A stretch of DNA of 64,000 bases. Origin: an uncultured delta proteobacterium (lineage in GTDB: Bacteria > Myxococcota_A > Polyangia > Polyangiales > Polyangiaceae). The stretch covers positions 4,192,001 to 4,256,000 of the forward strand of contig CAWAIF010000003.1 of the NCBI GenBank assembly GCA_963782055.1. The letters are read 5' to 3'. The notes under the pieces were generated by a model. That model searched no databases, was not told where the DNA came from, and saw nothing but the letters and a program-made list of their open reading frames with translations. The first letter of the stretch is position 1. Every line of letters begins with the position of its first letter. Made by a program: the position numbers and the translations under genes. Below are positions 56,820 to 64,000 of this stretch, one piece after another.

Positions 56820-57263
56820 ATGTCGAGACTGACTCCTCTCTTCGGGCTGCTGCTCGTGACCGCGGCCGTCGCGGGCGTCGGCGCGTGCAACGAGGTGGGC
56901 GACTGCCCCGCCGACGCCGCGACCATCCACGACGGTGACCCGTGCTCGGGCGAGGGACTGCAGTGCGCCCAGGACGTGACCTTCACCGCCTGCGACGGGA
57001 CTCAGCAGACCATCGCGTCGAGCTGCACCTGCACGGAGGGGGCGTGGTCCTGCCCCTCCGAGCCGGACTGCGACGCGGGCGGCGGTGGTGACGACGCCGG
57101 CGAGGACGCCGCCGACGCGTCCGAGGACGTGACCGCCGACGCCCCGGAGGACGTGGCCACCGACGCACCCGCTGACGCCGCGACCGACGCCCCCGCCGAC
57201 GCCGCGACCGACGCCCCCGCCGACGCCGCGACCGACGCCCCCGCCGACGCCGCGAGCGAGTGA
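56820..57263 (+). CDS. Cys-rich lipoprotein with acidic repeat tail
   Basis: Lipobox GVGA-C; Cys-rich module; DAPADAAT repeats; AAGGAG SD. Confidence 0.75.
   Translation: MSRLTPLFGLLLVTAAVAGVGACNEVGDCPADAATIHDGDPCSGEGLQCAQDVTFTACDGTQQTIASSCTCTEGAWSCPSEPDCDAGGGGDDAGEDAADASEDVTADAPEDVATDAPADAATDAPADAATDAPADAATDAPADAASE
57123..57254 (+). repeat. 24-bp coding tandem repeat (TDAPADAA)
   Basis: ACCGACGCCCCCGCCGACGCCGCG units with more degenerate 5' copies. Confidence 0.85.
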
Positions 57264-57267
57264 GCGC

Positions 57268-58248
57268 TCAGCGCCGGCGGGCGACGAGCTGGCGGTGCAT
57301 CGCCGCGGTGACGAAGGTCATGCCGTCGGCGATGCGGAACAGGGCGAGGAGCACCTCCAGCGACATCCGGACGAGGGCCGCGAAGATGGCCGACGCGAGG
57401 ATGACGACCGGCACCATCGCCAGCGCGGTGGCGACGGCGGCGCCGTCCCCGGTGGCGACCGTCGCGACCACGTGCACGACCGAGGCGAGCACCGCCACCG
57501 AGAGCAGGCCGAGCATCAGCACGTAGGTGAGCTTCACCAGCTTGGTCGCCATCACCCGCTCGAAGCCCAGGTCGAGCACCGAGTGCTTCTCCAGGAAGAT
57601 GGGCTCGTCGTCTCCCGGCTCCGGCGGCAGGGAGTCGGCGAACCACTGGGCGGTCACCGACGAGTCGTCGGGACCCGCCGGCGCGGGAGGCGGCGTCCAC
57701 GCCTCCTGCGAGGCCGGCGCCGCCTCCGGCAGCGGCATCGACGAGATCTCCTCGATCGCGTCGGCCGCGACCTCCTCCGTCCCGGAGGGCATCCGGGGCG
57801 CCGGTGCGGGCGCGGCGGCCGCGGGCGTCGCCGCCTCCGGCGCGCCGGCCGACGGGGCCACGGCGGGCGGCGGCGGGCGCTCGCTTCGCTGCACCACCAC
57901 CTTGGGCAGATCGGACGAGAGGTCCGCGGGCGCCGGGGTCTCCGGCCGGGGCACCCGCGCCGCCGGCGACGCCACCGCGTTCGGCGGCGGAGGCACCGCG
58001 GACACCGCCGGCGGGCGCAGCGTCCCGGTCCTCGCCGGCGGCGCCCCGGGCGTCTGCGACAGCGTCTCCGCGTCGGCGAGCAGCCGCTCCAGCGAGACCC
58101 ACTCGCTGGCGCCCACCCGCTGCACGAGCGTGCTCGGTTTCAGCCGCCCGATCTGCACGCCCTTGCGCAGCTTGCGCAGGCTGACCGGCTTGCTCTGGGC
58201 GTTGGTGTCGGGGTCGCGCGCAATCCAAATCTCGGCTCGCTCGTCCAT
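57268..58248 (-). CDS. Membrane protein: GYF-like N-terminus, Pro-rich linker, DUF4282-like C-terminus
   Basis: TLVQRVGASEW; LDLGFERVMATKLVKLTY..RMSLEVLLALFRIAD with two TM segments. Confidence 0.7.
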   Translation of the reverse strand: MDERAEIWIARDPDTNAQSKPVSLRKLRKGVQIGRLKPSTLVQRVGASEWVSLERLLADAETLSQTPGAPPARTGTLRPPAVSAVPPPPNAVASPAARVPRPETPAPADLSSDLPKVVVQRSERPPPPAVAPSAGAPEAATPAAAAPAPAPRMPSGTEEVAADAIEEISSMPLPEAAPASQEAWTPPPAPAGPDDSSVTAQWFADSLPPEPGDDEPIFLEKHSVLDLGFERVMATKLVKLTYVLMLGLLSVAVLASVVHVVATVATGDGAAVATALAMVPVVILASAIFAALVRMSLEVLLALFRIADGMTFVTAAMHRQLVARRR

Positions 58249-58302
58249 GGCGGGGAATGATACGCGCGACGCGACGCCCGCGCGGCCGTTCGTCGGCGCG
58301 CG

Positions 58303-58608
58303 CTACCGCACCAGGCTCGCCACCGCCGCCAGCTCGGCGCGCGAGCGGATGCCCAGCTTGCGAAAGACGCTCTGGAGCTGGTTGGCGACGGTGCGCACCG
58401 AGCACGTCCGCGCGCGGGCGATCTCGGCGTTGCTCTTTCCTTCCAGCGCGAGGAGCGCCACCTCCCGCTCGGCGACGGTGAGCTCGCTGGCGGCGTCCTT
58501 CTCCTCCACGTCGAAGGAGAAGATGGCGACGCTCTGCCCCTCGCCGGAGTAGGCGACGTGCAGCTCCTCGGGGGCGTCCTTGGACAGGCCGCGCTTGGGG
58601 GTGCTCAC
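58303..58608 (-). CDS. Small LuxR-type HTH regulator
   Basis: LTVAEREVALLALEGKSNAEIA..SVRTVANQLQSVFRKLGIRSRAEL; GTGA overlap with the upstream gene. Confidence 0.85.
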   Translation of the reverse strand: MSTPKRGLSKDAPEELHVAYSGEGQSVAIFSFDVEEKDAASELTVAEREVALLALEGKSNAEIARARTCSVRTVANQLQSVFRKLGIRSRAELAAVASLVR

Positions 58609-59642
58609 TCGGCGGCCCTCTTCACGCCGGCGACGCGCGCGTTCCACGCGCGGATGAGCTCCACGCGGCTGCGGGCGCCCAGCTTGAGCGCGGCGGTCGA
58701 GAGGTGCATGGCGACGGTGGACGGCGCGATGCCCAGCTCGTACGCGATGAGCTTGTTGCCGTGGCCCTGCGCGGCGTACGCGACGACCTGCGCCTCCCGC
58801 GGGGAGAGGTCGGAGGCGTGCTCGGGGAGGCCCGGCTCGTTGCGCACGGCGACGATGTAGCGCTTGCCGTCGTGGTCGAAGTGATCGAGCAGCGACCACT
58901 GCCCGGACACGAGCGCCTTCCACGCCTCCAGCGCGGCGGGCGGGTCGGTGCGGCGGGCGGAGCCGCGCGCGCGCTGCATGCCCTTCGCCGCGTTCTCCAG
59001 CGCCTCGATCATGGCGGGGGGCGGGTCCACCGCGTGCTCCAGCTTGCCGGTGACGCTGAGCACGGCGTCGGCGTCCTCCGTGGTGGGGTGCTTGCCGCGG
59101 CGCAGGCGCATCCCCGCGGCCATGTGCGCGGCCACGCGACTCCAGGCGGAGGCCTCGCCGCGGCGTACGCCGCTCACCCGGGAGAGGGGGGCGCCGACGA
59201 GGCACCCGCGGCCGTTGGGGTCGGTGGCCGCGACGCTGAGGAAGTCGACGATGCCGAGCGGCGCGAGGAAGCGCTGGTGCACCTCCAGCTCCTGCACGCG
59301 CCGGCCCATCCGCAGGCGGCCGCTCATCGTCGAGCAGGTCGCGCGGCCGCTCACCGCTGCCGTCGCCTCCTTGATGAAGTGCGCCACCAGCTCCGACGGG
59401 GCCTCCACCTCCAGCGCGCGCAGCGCCTCGATGCCGCCGGGCGGCGTGTCCCGCGCGACGGGCGAGTGGACGTGCACCCGCTCGCCGTCCAGCTCGTAGA
59501 ACATGCCGCAGGTGCCGAGACCCTGGTCCAGGCCGGCGCGCGCGGCGCGGTCGACGATGCGCGCCAGCCAGGTGCCGTCGTCTCCCTCGAGGCGGTATGC
59601 CGCTTCGATCACACCGACCAGGTCTGATCTCGCCCCTTGCAT
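58605..59642 (-). CDS. LuxR-family regulator with N-terminal GAF-like sensor region
   Basis: IEAAYRL..W, WKALVSGQWSLLDHFD, LSPREAQV..GHGNKLIAYELG..TVAMHL. Confidence 0.88.
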   Translation of the reverse strand: MQGARSDLVGVIEAAYRLEGDDGTWLARIVDRAARAGLDQGLGTCGMFYELDGERVHVHSPVARDTPPGGIEALRALEVEAPSELVAHFIKEATAAVSGRATCSTMSGRLRMGRRVQELEVHQRFLAPLGIVDFLSVAATDPNGRGCLVGAPLSRVSGVRRGEASAWSRVAAHMAAGMRLRRGKHPTTEDADAVLSVTGKLEHAVDPPPAMIEALENAAKGMQRARGSARRTDPPAALEAWKALVSGQWSLLDHFDHDGKRYIVAVRNEPGLPEHASDLSPREAQVVAYAAQGHGNKLIAYELGIAPSTVAMHLSTAALKLGARSRVELIRAWNARVAGVKRAAE

Positions 59643-59804
59643 GTCCAGTCTCGTGGCGGTTTGGCGCACGCCGGACCCAAGCCTAACACGCCTTGGCTGA
59701 GTTGGCCGGTCGCCCGCAAGGTTGTGCGGTGCGCGGGGCGGGGCAGACGCTCGAGGCACGTCGTGGCCCTTCGCCCCGCCGATCCGTGCTACGCGTGGGC
59801 GCCT

Positions 59805-61004
59805 GTGAACGGGCAGGTCCGGGAGCTCCTCGATCTCGTCATCCGATGGGTCCACCTCATCGCCGGGATCATGTGGATCGGCAACTCCCTGCTCTTCAAC
59901 TGGCTGGACCGCAACCTGGAGAAGCCGAAGGACGCCCCCCCCGGCTACGAGGGCAAGATCTGGCTGCTGCACTCCGGCGGCTTCTACGACGTGGAGAAGA
60001 AGCTGCTCCAGCCCTCGCAGCTGCCCGAGCGGCTGCACTGGTTCAAGTGGCAGAACTTCGCCACGTGGGCGAGCGGCATCTGCCTGCTCTTCGTCGTCTA
60101 CTACTCCGGCGGCGGCGCCCTGCTGGTCGACCCTTCGGTCTCCAAGATCGGCGTGCCCATCGCGATGGTGATCGGCGTGGGCGCCATCGTCGCGTCGTGG
60201 CTCTTTTACGACTTCGTGTGGATCTCCCCGCTGTCCAAGCGCCCGGCGATCGCCTCCGCGCTCTGCTTCCTCTACGTCGGCGCGCTCGCCTTCGGGCTGA
60301 CGCACGTCCTGTCCGGCCGCGCCGCGTACATCCACGTGGGGGTGGTGCTGGGCACCATCATGACCGGCAACGTCTGGTTCGTGATCATGCCCTCGCAGCG
60401 CGAGCTCGTCGCGGCGACGAAGGAGGGACGCGAGCAGGACCCGAAGATCGGCAAGCGCGCCAAGCTGCGCAGCATCCACAACAACTACATGACCTTCCCG
60501 TTGCTCTTCATCATGGTGAGCAACCACTTCCCCAGCACCTACGGCAGCAAGCTCAACTGGCTGGTGCTGGGCGTCATCGCGGTGGGCGGCGCGACGGTGC
60601 GTCACCTGCTCAACATCCGCTTCCAGTACAAGCGGTGGCTGCCCATGACGAGCGGCGTGATCGCGGTGACGGTGACGGCGCTCTACGTGCTCACCCGACC
60701 GGAGGTCCGGCCGTCGGCGCCGGTGACGGCCGAGGCGCCGAAGGTGAGCTTCCACACCGTGCGCGGCGTGATCCACCAGCGGTGCCAGCCGTGCCACAGC
60801 GCACACCCGACCGACAGCGTGTGGAAGGTGGCGCCGGCGGGGGTGATGTTCGACTCGCCCGCGCAGATCAGGCGGATGGCGCCGCGCATCAAGGAGCGCG
60901 CGGTGGTGTCGCGCACGATGCCCCTGCAGAACAAGACGGGGATCACCCAGGCGGAGCGCGACATGATCGGCGACTGGATCGACCAGGGCGCGTCGATCCA
61001 GTAG
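59805..61004 (+). CDS. puuD: Urate hydroxylase PuuD (membrane protein with C-terminal cytochrome c)
   Basis: RWVHLIAGIMWIG, WLLHSGGFY, LHWFKWQ, RSIHNNYMTFP, SNHFP, CQPCH. Confidence 0.92.
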   Translation: MNGQVRELLDLVIRWVHLIAGIMWIGNSLLFNWLDRNLEKPKDAPPGYEGKIWLLHSGGFYDVEKKLLQPSQLPERLHWFKWQNFATWASGICLLFVVYYSGGGALLVDPSVSKIGVPIAMVIGVGAIVASWLFYDFVWISPLSKRPAIASALCFLYVGALAFGLTHVLSGRAAYIHVGVVLGTIMTGNVWFVIMPSQRELVAATKEGREQDPKIGKRAKLRSIHNNYMTFPLLFIMVSNHFPSTYGSKLNWLVLGVIAVGGATVRHLLNIRFQYKRWLPMTSGVIAVTVTALYVLTRPEVRPSAPVTAEAPKVSFHTVRGVIHQRCQPCHSAHPTDSVWKVAPAGVMFDSPAQIRRMAPRIKERAVVSRTMPLQNKTGITQAERDMIGDWIDQGASIQ

Positions 61005-61010
61005 CGACGT

Positions 61011-61556
61011 TCACCGCGACGCGCTCACGTCGGCGCGGGTGTCCCCTGCGTGGCCTGCCGACGCCACGACCCAGCCCACCGCGGTCCGGCTGACGGCGAG
61101 TAGGCAGATGAACCACGCGACGCCCACCGCGCCGACGACCACACGCGTGAGCCGCTTGCGGCGGGCCAGCACCGGCGGGCTGGACTTGCGGCGGCTGTCG
61201 CGCTCGTAGTCGGAGGGGAGGCTCTCGGCGAGGGAGCGGAAGCGCGGGCGCGCGGCGACCACGGCAGGCGGAGGCGCCGGGGACGGCGGCGGCACTTGCT
61301 CCGCGACCCCGGGCTCCGCGACGGCAGGCTCCGCGACCCCGGGCTCCGCGACGGCAGGCTCCGCGACGGCAGGCTCCGCGACGACAGGCTTCGCGACGGC
61401 GGGCTTCGCGGCGGCGGGCTTCGCGACGAGAGGAGGCGGCGGCGATGTCGCGGTCGCGGCGGCGGGCTTCGCCCGGATGGCTGCGTTCGCCGCGTTCCTT
61501 GCAGGCTGCACTTTTCTTCGGGCGTCGGGGCGTGGCACGGTCGGCTTGATGGCCAT
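61011..61556 (-). CDS. Pro/Ala-rich protein with C-terminal TM segment
   Basis: A(K/E)PAV repeats, basic stretch, then a hydrophobic helix; sigma-54 motif directly upstream. Confidence 0.6.
   Translation of the reverse strand: MAIKPTVPRPDARRKVQPARNAANAAIRAKPAAATATSPPPPLVAKPAAAKPAVAKPVVAEPAVAEPAVAEPGVAEPAVAEPGVAEQVPPPSPAPPPAVVAARPRFRSLAESLPSDYERDSRRKSSPPVLARRKRLTRVVVGAVGVAWFICLLAVSRTAVGWVVASAGHAGDTRADVSASR
61299..61427 (-). repeat. 15-bp coding tandem repeat (A[E/K]P[A/G]V)
   Basis: GCTCCGCGACGGCAG / GCTTCGCGACGGCGG-like units. Confidence 0.8.
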
Positions 61557-61568
61557 GCCCTGCTCATG

Positions 61569-61584
61569 AGCAACCTGCGGGCCA
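61569..61584 (-). promoter_or_regulatory. Sigma-54 promoter
   Basis: TGGCCCGCAGGTTGCT (GG-N10-GC). Confidence 0.65.
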
Positions 61585-61722
61585 CGCGCGATTCACGTGG
61601 GATCCGGGCGCTCGGACCACCCGCCCCCGCGACGACCGCCCGGATGATGGTCCGTGGATCCAGTGCGTCTGCGCGAACCGAGGGGGAGGATCGTGCGCCG
61701 GAAGGCGTATGATCCGTGGCGG

Positions 61723-62943
61723 ATGTATCGCAACGACCTGGAAGCCGCCCACCGGCGAATCGAGGAGCTGGAGACCCTCCTCGGGCAGCGCCGGCCGCCC
61801 CCCCCGCGCCGGCGCGGCGTGGCGGTGGTCCTCGTCTTCCTCGCCCTCGGCGTGCTCACGTCGGTCGGGATGTTCCTCGTCGTGGCGACCGGGCGCGACG
61901 AGATGGCTCCGGCGCCCGTGGCCGTCGCCGCGTCGGCCCCTGCGCCGCCGACGGCGCCCGATGTGGGCTCGCTCTCGCACGACCCCGCCGACTCCCTGCT
62001 CAGCTTCTTCACGCCCGACGTGGACGGCGACGGCGAGGAGGATGTGGTCGCCGCCTTCCGCGAGCCGGGGATCGCGTCGCCGCGGGGGCCCCTCTACGTA
62101 CGCGCGGTGAGCGGCGCCACCTTCAAGCCCATCTGGACCGCAGGACCCTTCGGGCCCCCTTCGCCCGGCAACGAGGTGGCCGTGGTCGGCGGCACGGTGG
62201 TCGTGACGGTCGCCGACCTCGTGACCGTCCTCGCCCTGAACGACGGGCGCGTCCTGCACAAACTCAAGGCGCCGGCGGTGTCGGTGTGTCCCGCGCGCGG
62301 CCAGGAGGGCATGGCGCTACTGTCCGGCCCGAGCGCCTCCGGCTCCGCCGAATACAGCCTGCTCGACCCGCAGACCGGCGTGGTCTCCGCGCGGCCGAGC
62401 GGCACGATCTGCGATTACCTGACGAACGAGTGCCAGGTCTCCGACGAGCCGTGCATCGCCAACAGCCTGAACTTCCCCGGGCTCACGGTGCATGCCAGGG
62501 TGCACGGCTGGACCACCCTCGTCGACGGCAACCGCCGCGTCAGCTACGGCTACCTCCTCACGCCCGACGCGTCGCGCGACCACATGGTGGTCGCCGGCGG
62601 TACCAAGCCCGGCGTCAAGGCCACCTGGGAGCGTCCGGCGACGCTGGAGGACGAGCCGATCGAAGAGATCCGGAACGTCACCAACGCCCAGGGCATGATG
62701 GCCGACCTGCACGGCGACCGCTTCGTGCTGGCGTACGGCGTCGACCGCGGCTTCGCAGAGGGCGTGCGCGTGGTCGCCCGCGACGCCGACACGGGCAAGC
62801 TGCGCTGGGACGCGTGGCTGCGCGGGCTGCCCGCCAACGCGGCGCTGCGCGGGACGTCCGCGCGCGTGTACGTCCTCGCCGGCACGGTCATCCACGTCCT
62901 CGACGGCAAGACGGGCGACGTTCGCGGCGTCATCGGAGACTGA
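61723..62943 (+). CDS. Membrane-anchored protein with PQQ-like/beta-propeller repeats
   Basis: Short coiled coil and TM, DVDGDGEED (FG-GAP-like), ARDADTGKLRW, VLDGKTG. Confidence 0.65.
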   Translation: MYRNDLEAAHRRIEELETLLGQRRPPPPRRRGVAVVLVFLALGVLTSVGMFLVVATGRDEMAPAPVAVAASAPAPPTAPDVGSLSHDPADSLLSFFTPDVDGDGEEDVVAAFREPGIASPRGPLYVRAVSGATFKPIWTAGPFGPPSPGNEVAVVGGTVVVTVADLVTVLALNDGRVLHKLKAPAVSVCPARGQEGMALLSGPSASGSAEYSLLDPQTGVVSARPSGTICDYLTNECQVSDEPCIANSLNFPGLTVHARVHGWTTLVDGNRRVSYGYLLTPDASRDHMVVAGGTKPGVKATWERPATLEDEPIEEIRNVTNAQGMMADLHGDRFVLAYGVDRGFAEGVRVVARDADTGKLRWDAWLRGLPANAALRGTSARVYVLAGTVIHVLDGKTGDVRGVIGD

Positions 62944-62996
62944 CCTCGAGGCCGGCGACGCGATCGGCCGGGGACGAACCGCGCTATCCTGCGTCC

Positions 62997-64000
62997 ATGC
63001 TTCGCGTGCGCGTGCTTCTGGTCGCCGCGGGAGCGCTGGTGCTGGCCAACGCCCCCGCCTGCTCGTCGTCGCCCGCGCCGGAGACGCCGCTCGCCGTGCC
63101 CGCAGGCTGCGAGCCGCTCGCGGTCGACCCCGGCTCGAGGGCCGCGTGCGCGCTGCCCTTCCCATCCGACTTCTTCCGCGTCTCCGACGCGTCGACCGCC
63201 ACAGGCTTCCGCGTCGTCCTCTCCGGCGCGGCGAAGCTGACGACGCCCGACGGCGTCGACGCCGACGTCACCGGCGCCTTCCCCGCCGATGGCGCGTCGC
63301 TGCAGCCGTCCATCGGCGCGCTGCTCCCCGGGCCCATCGTGTCCGACGGGCTGCCGAACGTGCTGGACGACCCGACGCGCAGTCAGGACCTCGCGGCGAG
63401 CCCGACGCTCATCCTGCGGGCGGACACCGGCGAGGCGGTGCCGCACTACGTGGACCTGGACCCCAGGCCGGACGACCCCGCTCGCATCGAGATGGCGCTG
63501 CGGCCCTTCGTGCGCCTCGCGCCGAACACGCGCTACGTGGTGGCGGTGCGCCACGTGAAGGTGGCCGGCGGCGGAGAGGCGCCGCCCGCCGAGGGATTCC
63601 GCCGCCTGCGCGATCGCGACACGGCGCTCGACCCCTCGCTGCAGGCCATCGCGCCGCGCTTCGAGACCGACGTCTTCGGCGTGCTCGCGGCGCACGGCGT
63701 CGCCCGAGACGACCTGCAGCTCGGGTGGGACTTCACGACGGGCAGCGAGGAGCAGCCGCAGGCGGACATGCTGCACGTGCGCGAGCTCACGCTGGCGTGG
63801 CTGCAGGCGCACACGCCGAAGGTGCAGATCACCGGCGTGGACGCCGACAGCCACGGCTACTGGCGGGTGGTGCACGGCACCGTGACCGGGCCGCTCTTCA
63901 TGGACGGCCCGGACCCGGGCGCGCGGCTGTTCCGCGGGCCGGACGGCAAGGTGGCGCAGAACGGGGAGGTCGACTTCCCCTTCGAGGCGGTGATCCCGGT
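62997..64000 (+). CDS. Large lipoprotein (PFPSD-type N-terminus, lipase/hydrolase-like family), 3'-partial
   Basis: Absent from the ORF track because it has no stop in the window: MLRVRVLLVAAGALVLANAPA-CSS...CALPFPSDFF..LAPNTRYVVAV..WDFTT; TATCCT 6 nt upstream. Confidence 0.7.
   Translation, partial: MLRVRVLLVAAGALVLANAPACSSSPAPETPLAVPAGCEPLAVDPGSRAACALPFPSDFFRVSDASTATGFRVVLSGAAKLTTPDGVDADVTGAFPADGASLQPSIGALLPGPIVSDGLPNVLDDPTRSQDLAASPTLILRADTGEAVPHYVDLDPRPDDPARIEMALRPFVRLAPNTRYVVAVRHVKVAGGGEAPPAEGFRRLRDRDTALDPSLQAIAPRFETDVFGVLAAHGVARDDLQLGWDFTTGSEEQPQADMLHVRELTLAWLQAHTPKVQITGVDADSHGYWRVVHGTVTGPLFMDGPDPGARLFRGPDGKVAQNGEVDFPFEAVIP

Overview
Very GC-rich bacterial chromosomal segment. Its gene content (Cys-rich lipoproteins, Ser/Thr kinases, sigma-54 activators, globin-coupled kinase, LuxR pair) suggests a myxobacterium, probably Polyangiaceae-like; this is inference, not a database result. 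About 60 CDS can be supported, and most other entries in the ORF track are GC shadow frames. No rRNA, tRNA, CRISPR array or transposase was seen. Recognisable genes: ackA, moaA, clpB, msrA, ndh, amrB-amrA-amrS, tkt, zwf, fumC, gnd, xfp, puuD. Two candidate little-described systems stand out. (1) 6999-13412: a lipoprotein with atypical-kinase catalytic motifs, translationally coupled to a degenerate Fis/AAA+ regulator and an Omp85-like barrel, lying divergent from an ATP/ADP-translocase (NTT/TLC)-like transporter; this is a possible envelope phosphorylation system with its own nucleotide supply. (2) 53919-57263: an operon behind a sigma-54 promoter motif, encoding a Cyc2-like cytochrome-porin and two type-1 copper lipoproteins; this is a possible extracellular electron-transfer or Fe(II)-oxidation module. 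Also present: an ackA-usp-RR-globin kinase-NtrC operon with several sigma-54 promoter motifs across the window (possible hypoxia regulon), widespread leaderless-type TANNNT-N6-8-start architecture, a Fur-box-preceded orphan barrel protein, three clustered desaturases, a REP-like palindromic repeat family (3x101 bp array plus a dispersed copy), and a Sel1-repeat kinase frameshifted exactly in its catalytic Lys codon.
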